64,000 nucleotides of DNA from Eledone cirrhosa (GCA_964016885.1 OZ024743.1:316448001-316512000), one strand, 5' to 3'. Shown: positions 28,791-41,802, numbered from the stretch's first letter. Notes: generated by a model from the sequence alone, not told the origin. Numbers and translations: made by a program.

Positions 28791-31566
28791 ATTGAAGCTA
28801 TAACTAACAAATGGAACTACTAAGGAATTTATAGCTAACACCTAGAGTATCAGAAAACATGCTTTGCTGCATATAGTTATGGACCTTTACATTTAGAGTT
28901 CAAATCCTGCTGAGGTTAGCTTTGCCTTTCATCCTTACAAGGTTGATAAAATAAAACACCAGTTAAGTATTGGAAGTTGATATAATCAATTGTCCCCTTC
29001 CCCTAAATTGCTGGCCTTATACCTAAATTAAAAATCATTATTAAAATCTATTTAATTGTTCGGCATTCATATAATGAGCCAGTCAATGTAAACCACACTA
29101 ATTATGACACTTATGTAATAAATGTAAAATATAAAGACCCATAAGCTCTCAGGTTTTGAAGGAGTCTAGGTTACTCCAATCAAAACAAATTAGGATCATC
29201 CATCTTTATCCATAGATTTTTATCAAAAGAAATCAATGATCTTACATGCATGATTATTTTGATATCAGAATCATTACTGCAAATATAATTTAATCCTTTC
29301 CTTACCATTTTCCTAATGAAAAACAGCTTATAATTTTATAATCTCTTTCAAAATAATCAAAAATGTAGAGGTCTTTAGTAACATCACTAACTTTTTCATA
29401 TTTGGAGTATAACTTAAAAAAGGTTCATATGATGGAAGGTTTTTATATAAATATCAACATTTTAACTCTTTTCTTACCTTACTTATAATGAAAGACACTG
29501 CCTATGATAATCAAGAATTTGGAGGGATTTAGTAATGTAACTAAAGTTTTCATTACTAAGTTAATGTTTGGAACATAAAGGCTCTTACAAAAAATTATAG
29601 TGGACAGTTTTTAGCTAAATATATATATTTTACCACAAACACCCTTATGTAATACAACCAGTAGTGGTATGAAGCGGTTTGGTAATGGAAGTTACAATAA
29701 ACAGCCTTGTATAAAAGAGTTTTAAGTAGTCTTCTATGATTTTAAGTTGTTTAGTTTTAAATGTTCATATTTATCAACAAACATAATTGTAAGTTATGGC
29801 CAAACACCAGCTTAGTAATAAGAAGGTTAGTTATATTACTTCCGAATTGACAAGTTCCCAAACCTCATTTGCTTACTGAGTGAGGTGGAATTTGTCAGAT
29901 TGGACCAAGGAAACAGTGTTTCCATTGGTCTTTCCAATTGCCACTACTATCTACTGGCAGAAGGAGCAACATGAAATAAAGTGTCTTGCTCAAGGACACA
30001 ATGCATGACCTGGCCCGGCCTGGGAATCAAACTCACAACCTCATGATTGTGAATCCAACTCTCTCACCACTAAGCCATATGCCTTATATTACTAAATTTT
30101 TCCAAATTCTTCATTATTTTTAAAATGATGTAAAAATCAAAGGCAATGTCTTTCATTTGAAATATAACAGAAGAGTTAATTAAACATATGGGCAGTGTAT
30201 TTCTTTAGAAATATAATCACTAAAGGATCAAAGTTTTTTTTTAATGCTGTAATATATGTTTGTGATCTAATCAAGCACATGATGTTTGTCTTAATTACAA
30301 TTACAACTAGAGTTCTTTTTAGGTTGCATTAAGAATTAAATAAAATCAGGATGTCTTTTTATATAGTATGGCAGTAACAATGGAACTGTTAGTTAGAGAG
30401 AGAGGGTGGGGAGCTGGTTAAAAAAAGCTATATTCTTTCAATCATTCATTCATGTTAACTGCATAAACACATTTAAGCAGGGTGATTTAAATATTGACCT
30501 AGATACTGATAGATATCCATAATACTTATAAAAAGGAAGTTTGTTTGTATGTTGATTGCTAATAACACTTAATAAAATTGGTAATAATTAAGGTTTTACG
30601 TGTGCTTTTAACTAATCTGACCGCAGACATGCTTGCTATTGACTTTATCTCCGAAAAGGGAATTTGGGGTGGGGAGATTCTACTGCTCTTTCTAGCACAG
30701 TGACTCTGGCAGGTTGTTTTGCTGGTTTGTACATTCATGTAATTTCTCTCTATCTCATGTGGAGCGACTCACTGATCTGCAAGCTACAAACTATCGAGTA
30801 ATGTTACTCCAAAGACCCTTTTGAGGAAACCCATTTCAGCTGCTTGTATTCGCGATTATATTTCTTTGATCACTACCCAAAAACCTTTCATAGGAACCCC
30901 ATTTTGGCTGCTTGGACTCGCGATTGTATTCTTTCAGTCATTACCCAAAGACCCTTTGGAGAACCCCCATTTTGGCTGCTTGTATTCACAATCATATACT
31001 TTTGTTGATGACCATAGGTAAGGGATCACATGAATAATGCATGTCAAAATAAGTATTTTTTCATGACTCTTTAGATTGAATAGAATGGAAATGGGTGGTG
31101 CTTGATAATGTTTCTGTGTGAGAGGTTAGCAACATATTCCAAAGGTCAAACACTGACCTTGATGAGAGCAGACAGATCACAATCAATAATAAATTAACTG
31201 TTATACCGAAACATGAAAGCATGAATTTGGTGTGGCTCCGTTGATGGATTGCTACTGAGAACATTTTTCAGTGAATAACATCTACCACAATGTCCATTAA
31301 TTATCAAATATCTCGTGTTGTAAGTAGGCATAAACAGACACACATATACAAGCACACACAAATACACATATGTCTATATAAAATGTGTGTGTGTGTGTAT
31401 ATATACATATGTGTGTGTGTATATATATCTGTATATAAAATGTTTGCACGTATGTATATATATATATATATATATATGGATGTATGTATATATACATACG
31501 TGCAAACATTTTATATACAGATATATATATACACACACACACAGATATATATATATATATATATAT

Positions 31567-31761
31567 AACGAAGGAAGTGTGGTAAGGAACCAGGTGGACC
31601 ATAACGCAGCAAAGTACTCAATACTTGAGGTAGTAGAGTGGGTAATAGGAACCAGTAAGACCCCGACAGCTGAGCTCAAGCCGTTTCGACGGCTAATTCT
31701 GGTCCAGAATTAGCCGTCGAAACGGCTTGAGCTCAGCTGTCGGGGTCTTACTGGTTCCTAT
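31567..31761 (-). mobile_element. Fold-back mini-element: perfect 58-bp-arm palindrome plus tail, in (TA)n
   Basis: Arms 31645-31702 and 31704-31761 are exact reverse complements; tail homologous to 18077-18153. Confidence 0.88.
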
Positions 31762-31899
31762 ATATATATATATATGGATGTATGTATGTATATATATATA
31801 TATGTGTGTGTGTGTGTATATATTTATATGTATTTTGGCTTGGTTTCTATATCTGAATATCCTTCCTAATGTCAACATAGACAAAAAAGAGATGATGAA

Positions 31900-32100
31900 A
31901 TAACAGATTAAGACCAGAAAGAAGAGGAGGCATGAAAGAGAATGAATAGTCATTGAGGAGGTCAGAGAGTGTGTGACAAAAGAACTTTGATGAACTCACC
32001 ACATAACTAGTAATACAGATAAAGTGAAAAGTGAAAATCATATGATGCTTGTGTTTTTTTATTGACAATATTGGCAGCATGACCTTCCCCAAATATAATA
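31900..32100 (+). mobile_element. Diverged copy of the 42040-42268 hammerhead-bearing element
   Basis: gtca-TTGAGGA-ggtca..gtgac-AAAA-gaactttga and 3' end ttggcagcatgaccttccccaaatata. Confidence 0.65.
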
Positions 32101-33610
32101 TATATATGTCATCATTATCATCGTTTTTACGTCCATTTTTCCACACTTGCATGTGTTGGATGGGTCCTTTTCAGCATAGCATCTTTCCACTCATCATGTT
32201 TCTTCATCATCTCCTGCAAGTGTTAGTGCCCAATTTTTTTCTCTTAAGCTGCTTTATATGCTCTACTATTTAGACGCTATAACTGTAGTAAAACAAACAT
32301 TTAACAAAACTCCTAAGTTTCTCGTGAATATGCATGTAGGCATGCTTGCATGTAAATATGCATGTGTATGTAAATATGTATGTGTGTGTATGCGTTTGTG
32401 TGCAATGATTATGCATGAGTACTTATGCGCTGAATTTGTGAACATGTGATTGGATGACTAAGTGACATCATACAATGTGTACTACATAGAAATTGTGTGT
32501 GTGTGTGTACTTATATATTGTGTGTGTGTGTACATATTGTGTGTGTATGTATATACATTGTGTGTGTACTTATACATTTTATGTGTATGTACATATACTT
32601 GTGTGTATGCATACTTATACATTGTGTGTGTGTGTGTGTGTTTGATTGAGTGCATGTGTGATGTATACACTGTATGAGTGTGTGTGTTGTTTGAGATTAT
32701 GTGTGGAATTATATACACTATACGAGTGTGTTTGTATGTATGTATATATACGTGTAAATGTATGTGGGTTTGAGATCACATGCGTGGAATCGTATGTATG
32801 TATGTTATGTATTTATGTATGTATGAATGAGTGTGTGTGTGTTGTTTAAGATCACATGCGTGGAATTGTATACACGATATGTGTGTGAATGTGTGTATAC
32901 GTGTAAATGTGTGTGCATGTGATTGCTCATCATATGAGTTATCTGTGAGAACTTAACTTGTACATGGTATCGTGACATGATATTATTGTGATATAACATT
33001 CCATGTGACATTGTAACTACAGAGACTGTGTGTCTGTGCGTCCTTGTCCCTGTGACTCTGTGTTTGTCTGTAGTTCATGTGATGCCATTCTTGTGACAAC
33101 AAACTGAGCACCTGATATTATGTTAACCCTTTCATTGCCATATTTCTAATGAGAGATACTACTTATAATTTTAAGATAATTTTGAAAACAATCTAGTATT
33201 TTGGAAAATTTAGTAATATAATCAACATTATTAAACTGCCATTTGGAACGTAACTTAACAAAGGTTCTTATATAAAGTTATGATGGAAGATTTTTGGATA
33301 AATATCACAAACTTCTTTTTGATTGTTTTTGCTTACAAATTAACTCTTGTCCCCATATTTCTAATACAAGTTGCTGCTTGTAATTTTCAAATAATTTTGT
33401 AATACAATAATGAGAAAGATAATTTAGTAATACAATTATCTTTCTCATTATTAATTTTGTGCTTGGAACATAACTTAACAATGAGTCTTACATAAAATTA
33501 AGATGGAAGGTTTTAAGATCGATATTAAAACTTTAAACAGTTTTGTATTGTAGAACCAGGGGAATTTGGTATGAAAAGAGTTAACTTGTACATGAGATTA
33601 ATGTGGTGAC

Positions 33611-34075
33611 TAAACTGGATATACCCAGGGATATGGTGTACCTATTTTAACCCTTTAGCATTTACATTACTCTATATTTACTATTGTATTTTTGTGGTAA
33701 AGGCTTTATCTCACATAATTATCTCACAAAATATTGACTCTATGAGATTTTGTTATTATTTATTTTGAGAACAATACCTTAACATCTGTATGTGTGGCCA
33801 GTTACAGCCGGTTTGAACAGAAAGAAGTGAGAGAATTCTGGCCGGATATGGCTGGTTTAAATGCTAAAGAGTTAAACTGGATATACACAGAGATATGGGG
33901 TACATATTCTAAACTGGATACACACAAGGATACGGTGCACCTATTCTAAACTGTATGTACACAGGGATATGGGGTACATAGTCTAAACTGGATATACACA
34001 GGGATATGGTGTACCTATACTAAACTGGATACACATGAGTATATGGTGTACCCATACTATACTGTATATACACAG
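33611..34075. repeat. ~37-bp minisatellite interrupted by a MITE
   Basis: Unit taaactggatatacacagggatatggtgtacctattc on both sides of 33651-33871. Confidence 0.88.
33651..33871. mobile_element. piggyBac-type MITE
   Basis: TTAA|ccctttagcattt ... aaatgctaaagag|TTAA; second copy at 38924-39130. Confidence 0.82.
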
Positions 34076-34867
34076 TACTACCAGTAAAACTACGACAACA
34101 ACATACATTTTAAAGCCATTTTTCCTGCTAAATCAAGAATTAACATTGCAAGGCCTTGACTCCTGTTTCATACTTATCATGTCATCTTTTTTAAGGCAAT
34201 GTTTTGATACATAGATACAGTATAACTGTTCTAGATACACACAGCTCAAGCATAGTAGTAGTTATTGTATATCAGTAAAGTCTCAGAAAAGAAAACAAAA
34301 AACCAAAGTGTAGCAATAATTTAAGAAATTAATAATTAAGGCTGATTAAAAATTAACATGACTCAGATTCTGGGTACATTTTTTTTTTCTCTGTTCTTTT
34401 TAATTGGTTTATTTTAAATTATCATCATGAGGTTCTTTGGGGGAGGGGGCTGTGTTTTATAGTAGTTCTTCCTAGTGCCAACCTTTTTAGTCATTTCATA
34501 CACTAAACAGAGATGCAGTGTTTCTATTGTAAAGCTGACAAGGCAGAGTCATTAGAACATACAATGCTTTGTGGTATTGGTTTTCACTCTCTGCAGTTTG
34601 AGTTCTAAGCCCACTGAGGTCAACTTTGCCATTCATCCTTTCATGTGGTTTAATTTGTTTATAGCATCCTTACTAGTGGGCAGATGGTTGTGAACATTTT
34701 CTCTATTGGAGTCATGACTTTAATCTTTATGCAATGCATCCATAGTGCTTTTCAAGAATGTCTTGCTAATGTCATGTTAGAGGCATTTAAGAGTTAATGA
34801 CAATTACTGGAAAATTGTTGGTTTCTGTATCTATATGTGTTTACCAAAGAACATTTTTACTTTTACA

Positions 34868-35105
34868 GTTTGTGGCAAAATTCAGTCTCACATAAGAGCA
34901 CACATTAAGGCACCTCCTACTGACTCCAGAACGTGCAAACCAATTTAGGTATACAAGATCTGCAAATCTCAAGGAGGTCTAAAGTAACATTTCAAGGTTC
35001 ACCAAGATACACAGGCAGTCCAAGCTGCATCAAAACTAATGCAATTTATGTGGACAGCTTTTTAAAAGTTTGTCTGATCTAAAAAGTCACATAAGATCTC
35101 ATGCC
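34868..35105 (+). pseudogene. Degenerate C2H2 zinc-finger remnant
   Basis: 35040-35102 encodes CNLCGQLFKSLSDLKSHIRSH; upstream are degenerate fingers VCGK..SHIRAH and KICKSQGGLK*HFKVH. Confidence 0.6.
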
Positions 35106-35292
35106 AGAACTGAGTATCATGTTCACTGAAGTGGTCAAGCTTTTTATGAGCAGACAACCTATATATATATATATATATATATCATCATCATCATCATTTT
35201 ATATCCATTCTTCCACGCTAGCATGGGTTAGACGGGTTGTCCTGTTGTGGGCATATCAGGTCGGCTGACCGTGTCTTTTTCATATATATGTG

Positions 35293-35660
35293 AAGGTACA
35301 TGGCTTAGTGGTTAGAGCATTGGGCTTGCAATCGAAAAGTTGTGAGTTCAATTCTCGGACCAGGTGATGTGTTGTGTCCTTGAGCAAGACACTTTATTTC
35401 ACATTGCTCCAGTTTACTCAGCTGTAGAAATGAGATGATAGGACTGGGGTCCCTATCATTCCACTACAAAGTGGTCATGGAGGTGCCACGGCAAAAAAGC
35501 ACCCAGCACTCCCTGTAAATGAGGTTAGTGTTAGGAAGGTCATCCAGAATCAGTTCCCATATGAGCCAGACAAGGTCAGCCGACCAGACACTGCTCACAA
35601 CAGGACAACCCGTCTAACCCATGCTAGCATGGAAGAACGGACGTAAAACAGTGATGATGT
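35293..35660 (+). mobile_element. Full-length composite SINE (tRNA head, central domain, RTE-derived tail)
   Basis: tggcttagtggttagagc..gagttcaattc head, gttgtgtccttgagcaagacac core, tail ccatgctagcatggaagaacggacgtaaaa..gatgat; similar copies at 44164 and 46257. Confidence 0.85.
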
Positions 35661-35664
35661 TATG

Positions 35665-35704
<40 letters not shown>

Positions 35705-37335
35705 CCTATACTTAGCTTTTGTTGACTTGGAGAAAGCATTTGACAGAGTCCTCCGCGCCATTATCTGGTGGGCCCTTAGAAAACTAAGAGTTGATGAATG
35801 GCTTGTGAGAGCTATACAAGCTATGTATAAAGAAACAGTCAGCAAGGTTAGAATTAACAATGAATATAGTGAAGAATTTAGCGTAAAAGTTGTTCATCAG
35901 GGCTCTGTCCTTAGCCCCCTCCTATTTATTATTGCCCTTCAGGCTATAACAGAGGAGTTCAAGACTGGCTGTCCATGGGAACTTCTATATGCAGATGATC
36001 TAATGCTCATAGCTGAATCGATGGCTGAACTAGAGAAGAAATTCCAAACATGGAAGCATGGCCTAGAATCAAAAGGCCTTAAAGTTAACTTGTCTAAGAC
36101 TAAAGTTCTAGTTTGTAGGAAGGAAAATAGGGCACACGTCCCCTCTAGGAAATGGCCAGTGTGTAGAAAAGGAGTAGGCAGAAATTCCATTTTATGTCCC
36201 AAATGCAAAGTATGGGTGCATAAAAGATGTAGTGGGATCACAGGTAAGCTATCTAAGAACGTAGATTTTATATGAGGCCGGTGCTCAGGTGCAATAAGTA
36301 GCAAGTGCCCACAGGATACTAGCTCCTTCTATTGCCCAGATGGCTCTATAGAAATAGTGGACACCTTCCGTTACCTGGGTGACAAAATCAGCAGTGGTGG
36401 AGGGTGCTCTGAAAGTACAGTAGCTAGAGTCAGAACGGGATGGAAAAAGTTCAGAGAGCTTATACCACTATTGGCCGCTAAAGGTTTCTCTCAAAAAATG
36501 AAAGGCAGACTGTATGATGCCTGCATACGAACAACAATGTTATATGGCAGTGAGACATGGGCATTGTGTGCAGAGGATCTGTGCAGACTGGAGAGGAACG
36601 AAGCACGCATGCTCCGTTGGATTTGTAATAGTAATATGCGTGAACAGCAAAGCATAAATGAACTAAGTGAGAAATTAGGTATAAGAGGGATCAGATGCTG
36701 TTTACTCAAGAGAAGACTACATTGGTATGGTCACATGATGCGCATGAAAGACGACAGCTGTATAAAAAAGTGCAGAGCGATCAAAATTGATGGAAGTTAT
36801 GGAGTAGGCAGACCCAGAAAAACCTGAGACGATTTGATAAATTCCGACCTTACACACTTGCACCTCTCTAAGACAATGTCACTGGATCGAGATCTTTGGC
36901 ACTACGCAGTTATACAGAAAACCCGCCTTGCCTAAGTACAAAGCGAGCCTACAGTCAGTAGGCACCTCTTAATCAAATATACACCCCTATCCCACTCTCC
37001 CAACTCCCCCACCCCATCAACACCACCCCTTTCTCTGTAAGGTTATGTTGGTACCACAACATCCAGTCCTAAATAAATGAGGTTGTGTAGGTGTCACGAC
37101 AAAAAAAAACACACAGTCCACGCTGTAATGTGGCCGTGTAGAAAAACCTGCACAGTAAAAACCTCCAAGTCCACACTGTAAACGTGGTTGGTGTTAGGAA
37201 GGACATCCAGCCGTAGAAAACCTACCAGACAGTCCTATAGGAGCGAGACGACCAATCTTGCCTCAAGTGGGACAATTCCCATCTAAACCCATGCTAGCGT
37301 GGAAGATAGATGTTAAACGATGATGATGATGATGA
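35705..37335 (+). mobile_element. 5'-truncated RTE-clade LINE (RT with PHD-like insertion, 3' UTR, (GAT)n tail)
   Basis: LAFVDLEKAFDRV, HQGSVLSPLLF, LLYADDL, FRYLGD, MLYGSETW, RRLHWYGH, GRPRKT; in-frame stops present. Confidence 0.93.
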
Positions 37336-37463
37336 GATATATATGAATGTATGTATAGTATATTTGGCAATATATCGTATGTTTAATTAAAAATATTTTG
37401 AAGACCATACGCTATTGGTTTTAAAGTAGTGACCATGTCACTTCTTTTCGGCGAAAAAAGAGA

Positions 37464-37505
37464 AGCTAACAGTCTGTTTCACGCTGTTTGGTGATCATCA
37501 GAGCC
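37464..37505 (-). ncRNA. Hammerhead-like motif
   Basis: Minus strand reads GGCT-CTGATGA-T..T-GAAA-CAG a CTG-TT-AGCT; stem II is weak. Confidence 0.5.
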
Positions 37506-37609
37506 ACGCACTCCCTGCTTTTGCCGAAAATTAGAGAAGCTGGATTCTTATAGAATTCCAGTAATAATCAGGAGCTGATTATACAGAGCGATTGCCAGTC
37601 CATATACAC

Positions 37610-37818
37610 ACACAAGTCCTAGGTTCAATTGGGGGTAACCACAGTAAGTAAGGTACTAAATACATTAGTAGAGTGTATACAACAAAATTTAATATAGAAA
37701 TGGCTTCTACAGGACTAGAACTGCTTCATTCGAAGGAAATCATCAGGAAAGCCTGGTGATTTCCTTCAAATGAAACAGTTCTAGTCCTGTAGAAGCCATT
37801 TCTATATTAAATTTTGTT
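37610..37818 (-). mobile_element. Fold-back mini-element with 67-bp arms folded at a CTGATGA...GAAA core
   Basis: Arms 37681-37747 and 37752-37818 with about 3 mismatches; relatives at 41376, 18305, 10630 and 53375. Confidence 0.8.
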
Positions 37819-37882
37819 TTATATATATATATATTATTCAAAATATTAATAAATGAAGACGTTCACATAATCAAAATATATG

Positions 37883-37944
37883 TTTTATTATATATATTTT
37901 GGAGGTACTGTGCTGTTTTTTCAGTATGTCCTCATCAGATAAAA
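37883..37944 (-). ncRNA. Degenerate hammerhead motif (family of 9672)
   Basis: Minus strand reads TTTTAT-CTGATGA-GGAC ATACTG..CAGTAC CTCC-AAAA-TATATA-TA-ATAAAA. Confidence 0.6.
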
Positions 37945-38473
37945 TACATGAATTTTATATATATATATATATATATATAGTGTATGTGATTCAGTGAATT
38001 ACTAATGGTGGTACCAATATGAGCACTTGATGCACAGGCAGAATGTATATAATAAGGAAAATGATGAAGTTTTGTTTACATGTATTTATTTTTTTATTGA
38101 CCTGTTACACACGTTTCACAGAGAATTGGTTCAATATATATATGGATTACTTATTCTATCTCTAAATTTTTGTTTCACCAGGTCCATTAGATATCAACTA
38201 ACTTAACACTGGCCTTGGTTCTATGATACAAAACTATTTATTTTAAAGTGTTTATATTCAACTAAAAACCTTCAGTCATCATTTTATGTCAGAATCTTTA
38301 AGTTATGCTCGAAAGACCAGCTTAATAATGACAAAGTTAATTTATTATTAAATCCCTCTAAAACAGTGGTTCCAATACTATTTTTTTACTCACAGCACAC
38401 TTTAGAACAAGTAAAAATATTTTAGTGTATTTTGTATTTAAATTCGAAAATTTATTCATGTGTTATTTATATA

Positions 38474-38822
38474 CGAGGGCAATCCCAAAAGTAAGGTCTC
38501 CTTCCGATATTGCAACTTTTCTGTTAAAATCCTGTGGATGGTGCTTCGGGAAACCTCAGGAACCAAAATACCGAGAGCATTCAGAGTGATCCGCCGATCT
38601 TTACGCATGTTTTCCTCGGAAAGAGATCTTACTTTTGGGATTGCCCTCTATATAATAACTGTGCGAAATTCGCACTTGGCGGATTGAGCATCCCAGTGAA
38701 GCGCGCGTATTCTTGTTTGGGAGTGAAGGAAGCACCAATTACAACAGTGTTGCTAACAGCCGTACGAACAGTTTCTCTGCGGCCCCATCACTTTGGAGAC
38801 CTTACTTTTGGGATTACCATCG
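38474..38822. mobile_element. Tc1/mariner-type MITE
   Basis: TA|cgagggcaatcccaaaagtaaggtctcc ... ggagaccttacttttgggattaccatcg|TA; extra internal right-TIR copy at ~38622-38650. Confidence 0.85.
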
Positions 38823-38923
38823 TATATTAGGATAGCATAAAGTAGAAATATGCATGGTCCTATAACTCCTGAAGGAGTCATAGGGTGCCATATTGACATA
38901 AAGTGTTTCTAGGACATTTTTAA

Positions 38924-39130
38924 CCCTTTAGCATTCACATTATTCTATATATATACTATTGTATTTTTGCGGTAAAGGCTTTATATGACATAATATTTCA
39001 CATAATATCGAATCTATGAGATTTTGAGAACAATACCTTAATATAAGTATGAGTGGCTGGTTACAACTGGTTTGAATAGAAAGAGGTGAGAGAATTCTGG
39101 CTAGATATGGCCAGTTTAAATGCTAAAGGG
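38924..39130. mobile_element. piggyBac-type MITE
   Basis: TTAA|ccctttagcatt ... aatgctaaaggg|TTAA; same family as 33651. Confidence 0.85.
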
Positions 39131-40041
39131 TTAAACCTGGCAGATCCCATCTTCTCTCCAGGTCTGAATACAGCATATTTCTTCCAGAGAAGGAGAGAGA
39201 GTGAGAGAATGGAAGTGAGAAGGAGATATAGGGGAAGAATCAGCCTCAGTACTAGACCGGCACCTTTTTATCAATCTGGAGTAGATGAATGGTAAAGTTG
39301 ACTTTGGTGGGATTTGAATTCAGAGAGCTGGAATGAATACCATAAAGCATTCTATCCAACATTCTAACACTGCCAATTCGCCACCCTTAAAGTAGAAATA
39401 TAATTTAATAAAAATACAGAAATATATATTTATGCTTCCTTCTTTAGTCAATAAATGGAACAAAGTTATCAATGAAAAACATACAATTGGTGGATTTTTG
39501 GCAATGTTGTCATTGTTAGTTTAGCTGTTTCTCACTTTGACAGATATATACAAATTTTATTACAAATTTCAATTTGTATTTTCTTACATTTTGAAATAAA
39601 ATCTTGCTCTTTTGCACCACACCTAATTACATCTTGCAGTGCACCAGTGCATCAAGTCGCACAGTTTGGATACATACCATACTGTTCTCTCCAAATTCTT
39701 GATTATTTTCAAAATCATTTGAAAATCATAAGTTGTTTCTTTCATGAGAAATATGGTTATGGAAAGGTTAAACTTACCCTTATTACCAAATAGCCAACCG
39801 ACCTACCAACCAACCAGTCAGCCAGACAACCAACCAACTAGTCAACCAGCCAACCAACCAAACAGACAACCAACCAACCCAAATATCTGATACATGTCTT
39901 CATTTACCTAAAGTTATATCTTTCTTTCTGTTTTGTTTTATATATTTTTCCATTATGACGTAAATATATGTCCTCCATCTCTCTTAGCTGATGTTATGAA
40001 GGAAGTTTCTTCAATATTCACTTATGTGACCTTTTGAATAC

Positions 40042-40116
<75 letters not shown>

Positions 40117-41375
40117 CACACAAACATATATACATATATGCTCACATGCACACACACACACACACACAGATAGATGCACACATACTCACACATGCACACA
40201 CACACAAATATACACACACACAAACATAAGTACATATATACTCACATGCACACACATTCACACATACCCATACATACACACACACACATAGGTACATATA
40301 CACACACACAAACAATGCACACGTTCACACACAATCACACATTTTAATGTCAATGTACATTTACACACACCACACATATTTTGATGTGTGTGTGTGTGTG
40401 TGTGCTAGACCACACATATACACACACCTGCACATACTTTGAAGTGTGTACATGTACACACACTTAAATCTATAAGTGTATGTGTGTGTATGTGTGTATT
40501 GGACATCTGTCAATTCTGGCTATAATTATTCCAGTTGTTCAAACACTGGAACAACCTATGTAATTTACACGTAGGTGGCTGAGCATTCCACAGACACAAC
40601 TGCCAGCAGAATGAACAGGAGCAACGTGAAATAAAGAGTCTTGCTCAAGGACACAAGGTTCTGCAAGGATTTGAACACAACACCTTTCCATTGTGAGCTG
40701 AACCATTTAACCACATATACTCATTCATACACTTAGATGCATATGTACTTACATGTACACTTACACATATATGTGCATAATTTCATATTTAGTTGCATGT
40801 AAGCACACACACACACATATACACATAGCACACTCATACACATAAGCATACGCATTCATACAAGCACATGCACAAACACACAGATGCACACATATAGTAT
40901 ATGTATATACACAAATACACACACACACAGCGGCATCTCCACATATACATACACTCACACACACTCACACACAACATACTCTATCCATAATCTCACCCAC
41001 ATACACACACTCACGCACTCACACACAACATACTCTATCCATAATCTCACACACTTACATGCACTCACACATACACACAACATACTCTATCCATAATCCC
41101 ATACACATGCATACATGCCCTCACACACACAACATACTCAATTTATACCCCCCCTCCCCCCACATATTTCTACTTCTATGCACAATTACCTAAATCTATG
41201 CTCTTTCATAAAGGCACACATGTACACTTACGTATATACATAGACTTTCAAAATTGTAGACACACTTACATACACACACACTCACTTACATATACATTCA
41301 CACACATACTTATACTACTTATAAACACATCCTGAGAAAGGAGTGTGTGTGTGTGTGTATATATATATATATGGA

Positions 41376-41550
41376 TTCTACAGGACTAGAACTGTTTCAT
41401 TCAAAGGAAATCATCAGGGCTTTCCCGATTTCCTTCGAATGAGACAGTTCTAGTCCTGTAGAAGCCTGTGGAAGCCATTTCTATATTAAACATTCAATAT
41501 TCTATGTATTGAGTACCTGTGGTCTCCCCCGATTGAACCCGGGATACACA
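41376..41550 (+). mobile_element. Fold-back mini-element (family of 37681)
   Basis: Palindrome 41376-41463 followed by a tail homologous to 37610-37700. Confidence 0.78.
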
Positions 41551-41655
41551 TATGTATATATATTTAACATGAATGGACCTGTTATTTTTATCTAAAGACA
41601 TTTTTTCCCAATTCCATCCCGCCCGTTCCCTCAATCTATTTTATTTCTCATTCTT

Positions 41656-41691
41656 TCTTCTGATGAAGGACTAGCGTCCGAAACGTTAAGA
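41656..41691 (+). ncRNA. Minimal type I hammerhead ribozyme motif
   Basis: TCTT-CTGATGA-a-GGAC tagc GTCC-GAAAC-GTT-AAGA; palindromic stem III. Confidence 0.78.
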
Positions 41692-41775
41692 CCCTCTTCC
41701 TGCTATATCAAGCGTTAACCTTATATATCCCTTCCATATACTGTACCGATTGTGTTGTTATTTCTGTTTACCTTT

Positions 41776-41802
<27 letters not shown>

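Noticed and set aside
35293-35365. tRNA gene
   Set aside because: A/B boxes are present but continue into a SINE body in several copies; no full cloverleaf.
38085-38210. Additional hammerhead-like strings on the minus strand (also ~42265-42297)
   Set aside because: Cores or stems are too degenerate to call by eye.
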